A DNA stretch of 64,000 bases from Candidatus Nomurabacteria bacterium (lineage in GTDB: Bacteria > Patescibacteriota > Saccharimonadia > Saccharimonadales > HK-STAS-PATE-42): assembly GCA_023898665.1 (NCBI GenBank), contig CP060233.1, positions 484,368 through 548,367 of the forward strand. The letters are read 5' to 3'. Made by a program: the position numbers and the translations under genes. Below the pieces are notes generated by a model. The model worked only from the letters and a program-made list of their open reading frames with translations, did not search any database and was not told the origin of the DNA. Each line of letters starts with the position of its first letter. Position 1 is the stretch's first letter. Of this stretch, positions 54,662 to 62,603 are shown piece after piece.

Positions 54662-56641
54662 ATGAGCAGAGAACGAGTGAGATTCTACAGTAACAGCGAT
54701 ATGTCGATTGGGTTTTATCTTGCTCGACTAAAAAAAGTTGTAGATGCTATTGATGCAACGAATAACAGTGTTAGGGATATAAATGAAGCCTTGGAGCTAT
54801 TCAATATCATTCAGTTCATAGACAATAATCTTTTTCATAAAGACTGGACAGAAGAATATACTGACAAGCTAAAATCAAAGAGTCCTCTGATAAAAAGTAC
54901 TGTCGCGAAATTCTTCAATAGTCTTACGCCAGAAAAGATTAGCGACAACATCAAGACTCTTCATAGAGAATATTATGATGATTTCATAGCGAATTTCTCT
55001 ACATATAAACTAGGAGAAAAGGTTAGCAACGAGGACTTTAAAAAGCTTTTAGAGGAGTCGGGCCTCTCCGTTATTGATGTAATGGAGTCCAAGTATCTCG
55101 TACAAAAATATCCGAATTCAATTAAAGATTTATTTTTATCAGACCCGCGAAATTTTGAGTCGTTCCTTAGTAACTTTACCTATTCACATAATAAGAGTAA
55201 ACTCCACATCCCCGGCAACATCACAAAAAAAGAAATGCTGGAGTTTTGCGATAAATATGTGGCATCTGAAAACGCTAACCCAAACTATCTCGACTTACTT
55301 GCAGGCTCAATAAAGGGGATTGAGAAATTTTTAGACATAGATACGTCCACAAAGATAAAAATAAAGAGACGAACGGAAGAAATTCAAGACAAACTTTTTG
55401 GTGACTTAACAAAAGGTGGTGGTTTAAAAGTCAATATTTCCATCCTCTCTTCAAAGGATGCGTATGAAAAAGAACTTAAGAAGAGTGCGGCAACTGACCT
55501 GGTCGCGTGCATTGACAGTAATTGGCTTGAGAAACATCACGACTATCCAACAATTCTTAATAATTTTCTGTATTTATATGAGTTATTCTCTGAGGACTTA
55601 ATATCTGAAATGCCAAGTTTTCCAAATAAGGAGATGGGAGCATTCATGAGGAGCATTGGGGTACGAACTGAGAATTCTTACGAAGTAGGTCAGTACTTTG
55701 ATTTGAAGCACCAGCTAGTCATAGGCAAAATTCATATGATCGAAGAATTACTTTCGAGACATAATGTTCGTCTCGAAGAAGTTATTGATTGGTTTTTCGC
55801 TACATATTCGAACTTAGAATTTGGAGTAGAGTGGCTTCCTCTGAATATGCCAACAAAAGATGAAAGTACAGGGAATAAAACTGCGACACTATTTCGAATT
55901 GAAGAGAGCATCCGGAAGCAATACGCAGCTCTTTCTGAACATGGAACCATTGACAGCGAATTCGTAAACCTTATGAACACGCCAGATGTAGAAAACTTAA
56001 CCAGTGCAATAAAAAAGAAATACATCTATACATCAGATACCGAAATATCTTGGTCTATCATGGGGCTTTTGTATTCTGATCAATCTTCAATTGTATACAT
56101 TGATGAAGCGAGAAGCGGACATAGTTTTGTTGAACTGATTCATAGACACCATCTAAAATTATCTGACTTTCATGATTACCAAAAGCCGAGAATACAATAC
56201 CTTATAGACCATAATGTCATAATAATTAAAGAAGATGGACTGCTTGGCTATTCTGATATTCACGAGTTGTATGTATACAAAAAGCTATTTACCGATGGTG
56301 TACTTGGCTACCACCACAACAGCAGAGAAATTCAAAAAGCAGTTGACATCATGTTAAAAAAAGGAAGGGTCATTGCAGGTGGCACTTTGTACGCCAAACA
56401 AGAATCAGACTACCTAAACTTCCTACTCAACAATAAGATTTTCGATAACAGCTGGGCTATTCGAAACTTATATCAACATGGGTCACCAACCTACAAGTCA
56501 GAAGATAGATATAAGTTTGACTATCATATAGCGATATTAATACTCGTGCATTATGTCATAAAAATAAATGATGAATTAGCTCTGAGGAAAATTGCCTCGA
56601 AAAAAGAGCCCGCATATGTAGAGTTTGACCTAGATCAGTAA
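54662..56641 (+). CDS. hypothetical 659-aa protein with C-terminal R-x4-H (HEPN-like) motif
   Basis: Long uninterrupted ORF, divergent from mod and convergent with the DUF4391-like gene (12-nt overlap). C-terminal segment DYLNFLLNNKIFDNSWAIRNLYQHGSPTY. No other domain recognised. Confidence 0.55.
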   Translation: MSRERVRFYSNSDMSIGFYLARLKKVVDAIDATNNSVRDINEALELFNIIQFIDNNLFHKDWTEEYTDKLKSKSPLIKSTVAKFFNSLTPEKISDNIKTLHREYYDDFIANFSTYKLGEKVSNEDFKKLLEESGLSVIDVMESKYLVQKYPNSIKDLFLSDPRNFESFLSNFTYSHNKSKLHIPGNITKKEMLEFCDKYVASENANPNYLDLLAGSIKGIEKFLDIDTSTKIKIKRRTEEIQDKLFGDLTKGGGLKVNISILSSKDAYEKELKKSAATDLVACIDSNWLEKHHDYPTILNNFLYLYELFSEDLISEMPSFPNKEMGAFMRSIGVRTENSYEVGQYFDLKHQLVIGKIHMIEELLSRHNVRLEEVIDWFFATYSNLEFGVEWLPLNMPTKDESTGNKTATLFRIEESIRKQYAALSEHGTIDSEFVNLMNTPDVENLTSAIKKKYIYTSDTEISWSIMGLLYSDQSSIVYIDEARSGHSFVELIHRHHLKLSDFHDYQKPRIQYLIDHNVIIIKEDGLLGYSDIHELYVYKKLFTDGVLGYHHNSREIQKAVDIMLKKGRVIAGGTLYAKQESDYLNFLLNNKIFDNSWAIRNLYQHGSPTYKSEDRYKFDYHIAILILVHYVIKINDELALRKIASKKEPAYVEFDLDQ

Positions 56642-57259
56642 ACGTTCAAGTGCGTGACGTTGGCGGGCAAGTTCTTGCTTCTTTGCTATCGAAGGTTCGC
56701 TAATGAGTTTTTTGCTAATCAGATCGATCTGTTTCTGGATCTTATCTTTTTCTTTGTTTATTTGGACCGCTGACTTTGCATCGTTTCGGCTTAGCTTATT
56801 TAGTTGTGGCGCTATCTGAAAAAGGAAATTCTTGTATATCTCGTCGACCGATCGGCCTTTGAGCTGGAGCTTTAATTCTTCTAACCACTGGGTTTCAAAG
56901 TACGTATCAACTTTCATCTGATTTTCGTTTTTTATTCCTTGCTCCTTGAAGGAGATGACGGCTTTTTGTAGATTGGATTTCTTAAGAACATACAAGATGG
57001 GGTATGGAATGAATGTATCGATGTGCTTCAGTAGACTTCTGCTTATCTCAGATGACTTTAGAATAATTTCGAATACCTGAAGCTCGCTGTATTCACCGCT
57101 CGTTATATTAAGCGTGTCGGGTGAGATTTTGTTTGTCCAACGAATCTTTTCAATCTCGTCAGTGAATCGTTGACGCAGCTGGCTACTTACACTGGTTTTT
57201 GTGTAGAATTTTTCCTTAGGAATAAATCTGTTCACTGTGGTGTTTGGAGGTAAATTCAT
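56630..57259 (-). CDS. DUF4391-like protein
   Basis: 209 aa. MNLPPNTTVNRFIPKEKFY...IEKIRWTNKISPDTLNI...LQVFEIILK...IPYPILYVL matches my memory of the DUF4391 pattern. There is a 1-nt stop/start overlap with the helicase gene. Confidence 0.6.
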   Translation of the reverse strand: MNLPPNTTVNRFIPKEKFYTKTSVSSQLRQRFTDEIEKIRWTNKISPDTLNITSGEYSELQVFEIILKSSEISRSLLKHIDTFIPYPILYVLKKSNLQKAVISFKEQGIKNENQMKVDTYFETQWLEELKLQLKGRSVDEIYKNFLFQIAPQLNKLSRNDAKSAVQINKEKDKIQKQIDLISKKLISEPSIAKKQELARQRHALERLLI

Positions 57260-60200
57260 TATTTTATCACTAGGAAATTAATTAGCTCGAAGTCATCAAG
57301 TCCTGATATATCACCCGTCAGGGCAGTAGTGCCACCTGCGCTGAATAGGCTGTCGGTATCGGCCTCTTCCTTTACGGTAACCATGGATTGGATAGCGGTG
57401 GTGAGTAGTGTTGTATAGTTGCTCATATCGGTTCCATCATTTGTAGCTGCGTTGAATTGCGCCACCAGGTCACGATCTGGTTCATCTGCACCCTTACCCA
57501 GGAGGCGGAGTTTGTCGAGTAGGTCTTTCGGTTGAAGGTGGTTGATAGCCACCTCGCCATCCTCGCTGATGTAAACGAGGTAAAACGGATGCAGGCGATT
57601 TTGCTTGTCGATATTAATGCCATGATTGATATTTTTTAGAACAAAAATTGCTCCTTTGGGAGTGTCTTCACTGGCCCTTGCGATGGCATGAATACCAAAC
57701 GGAGTACGGTCAGCATCACCATACTTCTTTAACAGTTCTTGTAGATCTAGGTGGAACTCATTGAGTCCGAGGTCCATGATGGAAACACCGCTATTCATGT
57801 CTTCGATGTCTACTACTTCACTTTGGATTTTTTCAAGTTGATTCTTTCGGTACTCAAGTTCGGCGTTGTCTGATTGATCGATTGGGTTATCACTACCGGT
57901 TGCAGTTAAGTTAACGAGCTTCATGCGGCCTTCAACTCGACCTTTAAGATTTATGTACTCGTCTAGTGAGATATTTGGCCAAAAGTTTGTGAGTTGAATC
58001 CTCTCGTTAATTGATCCGATACGGTCAATACGACCGAATCTCTGAATAATTCGGACCGGATTCCAGTGAATATCGTAGTTAATTAGATAGTCGCAGTCTT
58101 GGAGGTTTTGACCCTCAGATATACAGTCAGTTCCAATAAGAATATCGATATCACCAGGGTTATTCGCAAAAAGTGCATCGCGATTCTTTGACAGCGGAGA
58201 GAAAAGAGTAAGAATTGTGTTGAAGTCTGCATGTACACCCGAAACAGTAGTGGTTGGGTTCTTCGTACCCGTTACAACAGCACTGTTTATACCGTAGCTT
58301 TGCTTTAGGCGCTCAGCGAGTTCTGAATACAGGTAGCTTGCAGTGTCGGCAAAGGCCGTAAAGATAACTATTTTCTTATTTTCTGGGTTGATAGGGTTTT
58401 GAATCTTTTCTTGTATAACTTCGATGAGTTTTTGGAGCTTAAGATCGTGTTCATCAACTACAGGAGCAATCATGCCAAGAAGTTCATCAAGAATGGTCTT
58501 GTCTTGTTCTAGTTTTTCACGCCAACTAACATAATCCATATCCTCTAACGAGACTTTGAATTTTTTACCTACAGACCATTCACCGTCCGCATCTTCAGCA
58601 TCGAGGTCACTTGTATCAGCCTGCTCGATCTCTAAATCTTGTTTGATGCCGTGCTCATACCGATCAATGTTATCAATGGTTGAGTCAATAAGCTCCCATA
58701 TGTGTGTAGCGGTAAGCCTGAAGGCGTAAATACTACTTTCGATACGCTTGAGTAGATTGGTAACCATGAGAATGTTACGTCCCGTCTCACGGTTTGCCCA
58801 ACTTTTTCCCTTAGCCGAAGTGGTATCAACATACTTATCGATACGTGAAGGGTGTACATACTTTAGTGGGGTGTAGATATCCATATTGAGGGAGTCAATC
58901 CGGCGGAAAATCTCATTGAAATCCACGCCTGCAATATCGGTAAGGTCTGGTCGATGACTGATGGGTTTTAATCGCTCCGGGAACTTTCCAAGACTTGCAT
59001 CAGAATAGTATTTTTCAATATGCTTCCGTGAACGAGCAATTGTCACGCTATCTAGCAGTTCAAAGAAGTCGAAACGAAGCATTTCAAGCAGTTTCGCAGT
59101 TGTCCTTTCATCAGGACTGAGTGTTGCCCAGGCTTTAAACGCTGCGTCCGCATCACGAAATATTTTATCTACAGGATTTTCTGCATTTATGCTGCTATCG
59201 AAGGCTGTGCTATCTCCCTCTGCCGCGAGCATGAGCTGATTCCTAAGGTCTGTGAATCTAGTGTTGACGGGGGTTGCTGAGAGCATCAATACCTTTGTTT
59301 TTACACCCTGCTTGATTACTTTGTTAAGCAACTTTTGGTAACGATTCTCGTATATTTCATCTTCATTTCGGTGCGTCGAAGACTCACCGTTACGGAAGTT
59401 GTGTGATTCATCTATCACGACAAGATCGTAGTTTTCCCAATTCAACTTAAATAAATCGATTCCGTTGCTTTCACCTTGTTCACGGTTTAGATCGGTATGG
59501 TATAGCACGTCGTATCGTAAACGGTCTTCTACAAGTGGATTGTTCTTATAGTTGCCTTTAAATGTATTCCAGTTATCACTAAGTCGTTTGGGACAGAGGA
59601 CTAAGACGCTTTTGTTGCGTGATTCGTAGTATTTAATGACGCCCAGTGCAGAGAATGTCTTACCAAGACCAACAGAGTCAGCAAGAATGCAGCCATTATG
59701 TTTTTCAAGTTTTGAAATGCATCCAATTACAGCGTCACGCTGAAAGCCATATAGCTTGTTCCAGATTTGTGAGTTCTTAAAACCTGTCGCTTCATTAGGA
59801 AGAAAATCGGCGTTCAAATCTTCGAGAAATTCGTTGAATATATTGTAAAGAGCGGTGAAGTAGATGAGCTCGGGAGAATTTTCCTTGTACGCCGCGGTGA
59901 TGTTGTCAAGAACTGAATCTGTCACATCGGCCAGCTTTCCTGCTTCATTCCACACAGACTCGAATGTTTCGATAAATTGGCGAGACGCAGGAGCGTGAAT
60001 TTTTGTAGTGACGGAGTATGCGCTGTTACCACGATCAGCGCCAAGATCAGCCGTTGTGAAGTTATTAAACGGTACAAATGCTGCTTCGTCACCATCCAAG
60101 CGAACGGCCATAAATGGTGCCATGTGCTCACCAGATATATTTGACTTAAATTTTACTTTACTGCGAATCCACTCAGCGCACTCTTTGGCTATCGCTTGCT

Positions 60201-60516
60201 GATTGAGTTCATTACGTAACTTAATCTCAAAGTCCGTTCCGTACAGTGAGCGCTCAGCGTTTAGCCTAGGGATATAAAACTCGCGAGATTCACGGGGTGC
60301 ATTTTCGTTCGTAAATACTTCCCCCGTGAAGAGAAAGTTAAGTTCATCAATCTGCTCAAGCTCCTTCTTAAGGAGTTGGTAGGCATACATGGAGAAACTA
60401 GCTGCCGCTATGTCAACTTTGCTGCCTTTTCTAATGGTCATTTTTAAATCATCAATAACCCTGTTGGTTACATTATCGAAAAAAACTGGTGAATTATCTG
60501 AGCTCATTGAATTCAT
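57259..60516 (-). CDS. SNF2-family helicase with an ~270-aa N-terminal extension
   Basis: The track ORF runs to 60660. I prefer Met49 (MNSMSSDNS, ATG at 60516). Contains LYGFQRDAV, ILADSVGLGKTFSAL (I), VVIDESHNFRN (II), LMLSATPVNT (III), and GTDCISEGQNLQDCDYLINYDIHWNPVRIIQRFGRIDRIGS (V/VI). No HKD motif seen in the N-terminal region. Confidence 0.85.
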   Translation of the reverse strand: MNSMSSDNSPVFFDNVTNRVIDDLKMTIRKGSKVDIAAASFSMYAYQLLKKELEQIDELNFLFTGEVFTNENAPRESREFYIPRLNAERSLYGTDFEIKLRNELNQQAIAKECAEWIRSKVKFKSNISGEHMAPFMAVRLDGDEAAFVPFNNFTTADLGADRGNSAYSVTTKIHAPASRQFIETFESVWNEAGKLADVTDSVLDNITAAYKENSPELIYFTALYNIFNEFLEDLNADFLPNEATGFKNSQIWNKLYGFQRDAVIGCISKLEKHNGCILADSVGLGKTFSALGVIKYYESRNKSVLVLCPKRLSDNWNTFKGNYKNNPLVEDRLRYDVLYHTDLNREQGESNGIDLFKLNWENYDLVVIDESHNFRNGESSTHRNEDEIYENRYQKLLNKVIKQGVKTKVLMLSATPVNTRFTDLRNQLMLAAEGDSTAFDSSINAENPVDKIFRDADAAFKAWATLSPDERTTAKLLEMLRFDFFELLDSVTIARSRKHIEKYYSDASLGKFPERLKPISHRPDLTDIAGVDFNEIFRRIDSLNMDIYTPLKYVHPSRIDKYVDTTSAKGKSWANRETGRNILMVTNLLKRIESSIYAFRLTATHIWELIDSTIDNIDRYEHGIKQDLEIEQADTSDLDAEDADGEWSVGKKFKVSLEDMDYVSWREKLEQDKTILDELLGMIAPVVDEHDLKLQKLIEVIQEKIQNPINPENKKIVIFTAFADTASYLYSELAERLKQSYGINSAVVTGTKNPTTTVSGVHADFNTILTLFSPLSKNRDALFANNPGDIDILIGTDCISEGQNLQDCDYLINYDIHWNPVRIIQRFGRIDRIGSINERIQLTNFWPNISLDEYINLKGRVEGRMKLVNLTATGSDNPIDQSDNAELEYRKNQLEKIQSEVVDIEDMNSGVSIMDLGLNEFHLDLQELLKKYGDADRTPFGIHAIARASEDTPKGAIFVLKNINHGINIDKQNRLHPFYLVYISEDGEVAINHLQPKDLLDKLRLLGKGADEPDRDLVAQFNAATNDGTDMSNYTTLLTTAIQSMVTVKEEADTDSLFSAGGTTALTGDISGLDDFELINFLVIK

Positions 60517-60735
60517 TATACATCCCCAAGAGATAATCACTGGGCTTTGTAAGAGTTTGCTAGACTTTGTAAGAGTTTGATTGCATAGTATTGACTTAGG
60601 GATTCCGTATGTATATATTGGTAGTTGAGCGAAAGCTCTAAACGTTAACAATCGAATCATACAGTTTCATTACGGGATCAGAAAAAGGCGGCGGCTTCAG
60701 AAAAGAGGAATCTCATCTGAGGTACAAATAAAAGG

Positions 60736-60805
60736 GCCAATCGTAAGGAATTGATCACAGACACTTAGTGTGTCTCTGTGATTAATTCTTTGTGATTGGC
60801 TTTTT
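60736..60805 (+). terminator. 65-nt compound hairpin followed by T5 (terminator-like or regulatory)
   Basis: Outer stem GCCAATC/GATTGGC (60736..60742 and 60794..60800), imperfect inner stem TCACAGACAC/GTGTCTCTGTGA, then TTTTT. TGTGATT occurs three times nearby. Confidence 0.45.
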
Positions 60806-60864
60806 GTGTTCTCAAGAAGCAACAACAAAGGGTTTTGTGATTTTTTAAATCATAAGGAGGAAGC

Positions 60865-62196
60865 ATGAAAGCTTCAGAACACAAACCTAACATAGTGATG
60901 GTTAAAGCCAGTGCGCTCAAACCATCAGTCTACAATCCTCGTCGCTGGAACGAGCAAGCAGTAGCAGGTCTAACCGAAAGCATTAAACGCTTTGGTTTAG
61001 TCGATCCTCTGCTAGTTAATGGCGCTAAGGAGCGTAAGAATATCATCATAGGGGGTCATTTCAGATATAAAATTGCGCGCGATCTCGGCTACAAGGAGGT
61101 GCCAGTAGTATATCTCGATATACCCGACGAGACAACAGAGAAGGAGCTCAACATTAGGTTAAACAAAAACCAGGGTGACTGGGACTACGAGCTGCTAGCA
61201 GAGTTTGACGAGTCACTACTGGCGGACGTGGGATTCAGCTCGGAAGAACTCGATGATATTTTCGAGATAGACCTAGAAGAGTCTGAGACTTTTGATCTTG
61301 AAAAAGAGCTGAAGAAGCTGGATATCAAGAAGATTACGGTTCAAAAAGGTGATGTGTATCAGCTGGGAAAATCGAGGTTCATGTGTGGTGATTCAACCGT
61401 TGAAGCAGACTTTGACAAGCTCATGAATGGTCAGCTTGCAGATATGTGTTTAACAGATCAGCCATATCGCCTGAGCTATATGAAGGGTGGCATTCGTCAA
61501 GGCAAGCCAGTGGAAGGTTTTGGTGCTAAGCGAAACCGTAAGTACCTTGAGACTGACGAGCTGCCAGAAGACTTTGTAAAGCTGTGGATGGCAAATGTAG
61601 CCAAGCACGCAAAAACAGACTTTTCCATCATAGCCTACGAAGCATGGCATAACATGAGGGAGATGTGGGACTGCATGGCAGAGCATTGGACTATCCGCAA
61701 TATGCTCATATGGCATGTACCGACGAGGCACCAAGGCTTTGCCGCCAAGTACAAATTCTTCAGTAAGTATGATATTGCAATGGTTGGAAGTAGCGGAACA
61801 GTCAAATACAACCATCAGAGCGAACCTGAAGGGCTACAAGAGGAGTATGAGTCGGCACTGTACGCTACAAGCGGAAAACCACACTGGGAGGGATACAAGG
61901 GAGGCAAGAAAATTCAGCCAACTGACTTTGTATCGTTTCCAGCCAATGACGAGAAGAGTTCAGGACAAGGCGTAATCTTTGGTACTAAGCCACTAGAGAT
62001 ACTCATTCCATACATTAAGGTGCTCACTAAACGGGGTGATTTAATAGTTGAGCCCTTTGCGGGTAGCGCATCTACGTTAATTGCGGCCACCATGTTGAAG
62101 CGGCGATGTTACATCATGGAAAAAAGCCCGACATATATGGAGATTGGCCTAAGGCGCTGGGAGAAATTGACCGGCCAAAAAAGGGTGAAGTTATGA
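60865..62196 (+). CDS. ParB-like domain fused to a methyltransferase-like domain with non-canonical catalytic and SAM motifs
   Basis: 443 aa, collinear paralog of 27731..29083. Motif IV reads CLTDQPYRLSY (DQPY instead of DPPY) and motif I reads VEPFAGSASTLIAA (GSAS instead of GSGS). Confidence 0.8.
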   Translation: MKASEHKPNIVMVKASALKPSVYNPRRWNEQAVAGLTESIKRFGLVDPLLVNGAKERKNIIIGGHFRYKIARDLGYKEVPVVYLDIPDETTEKELNIRLNKNQGDWDYELLAEFDESLLADVGFSSEELDDIFEIDLEESETFDLEKELKKLDIKKITVQKGDVYQLGKSRFMCGDSTVEADFDKLMNGQLADMCLTDQPYRLSYMKGGIRQGKPVEGFGAKRNRKYLETDELPEDFVKLWMANVAKHAKTDFSIIAYEAWHNMREMWDCMAEHWTIRNMLIWHVPTRHQGFAAKYKFFSKYDIAMVGSSGTVKYNHQSEPEGLQEEYESALYATSGKPHWEGYKGGKKIQPTDFVSFPANDEKSSGQGVIFGTKPLEILIPYIKVLTKRGDLIVEPFAGSASTLIAATMLKRRCYIMEKSPTYMEIGLRRWEKLTGQKRVKL

Positions 62197-62603
62197 GCCG
62201 GGATCAAAATCTCTACAAAAAGCGACTACTGGAACAGCTCCAGAAGACACCAATTGTTGAAGCGGCTTGTAAAAAGATTGGCCTGCCTCGCTCAACTTAC
62301 TACCGTTGGCGGAAAGAGGACGATGAGTTTGCTGATGCCTGCGATGAAACCATTGAGCTGAGCATTGGTCGGATAAATGATTTGGCAGAGTCACAGCTTA
62401 TTAACGCCATCAAAGAAAAAAACATGTCGGCGATTACCTTCTGGCTGAAACATCACCATTCGGGATATCGAAATAAGCTACAAATTGATGCTCGCGTGTC
62501 GAGTGTCCAACAAGAATTAACCCCGGAACAGGCGGAGATCGTCAGTAATGCACTTCGTCTGGCTGGCTTAACTAATCAGGAGAATGAAAATGAGCAAGAA
62601 TAA
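62193..62603 (+). CDS. HTH protein, putative terminase small subunit
   Basis: The track ORF starts at 62106. I prefer the ATG at 62193 (MSRDQNLY), which overlaps the upstream TGA (ATGA). ACKKIGLPRSTYYRWRKEDDEF. It lies directly upstream of the large terminase. Confidence 0.6.
   Translation: MSRDQNLYKKRLLEQLQKTPIVEAACKKIGLPRSTYYRWRKEDDEFADACDETIELSIGRINDLAESQLINAIKEKNMSAITFWLKHHHSGYRNKLQIDARVSSVQQELTPEQAEIVSNALRLAGLTNQENENEQE

Noticed and set aside
60517-60660. The 48-codon N-terminal extension of the SNF2 helicase ORF given in the track
   Set aside because: The extension (MIRLLTFRAFAQLPIYTYG...) is hydrophobic and low-complexity and lacks helicase-family similarity. Met49 (MNSMSSDNSPVFFDN) begins the protein-like sequence.
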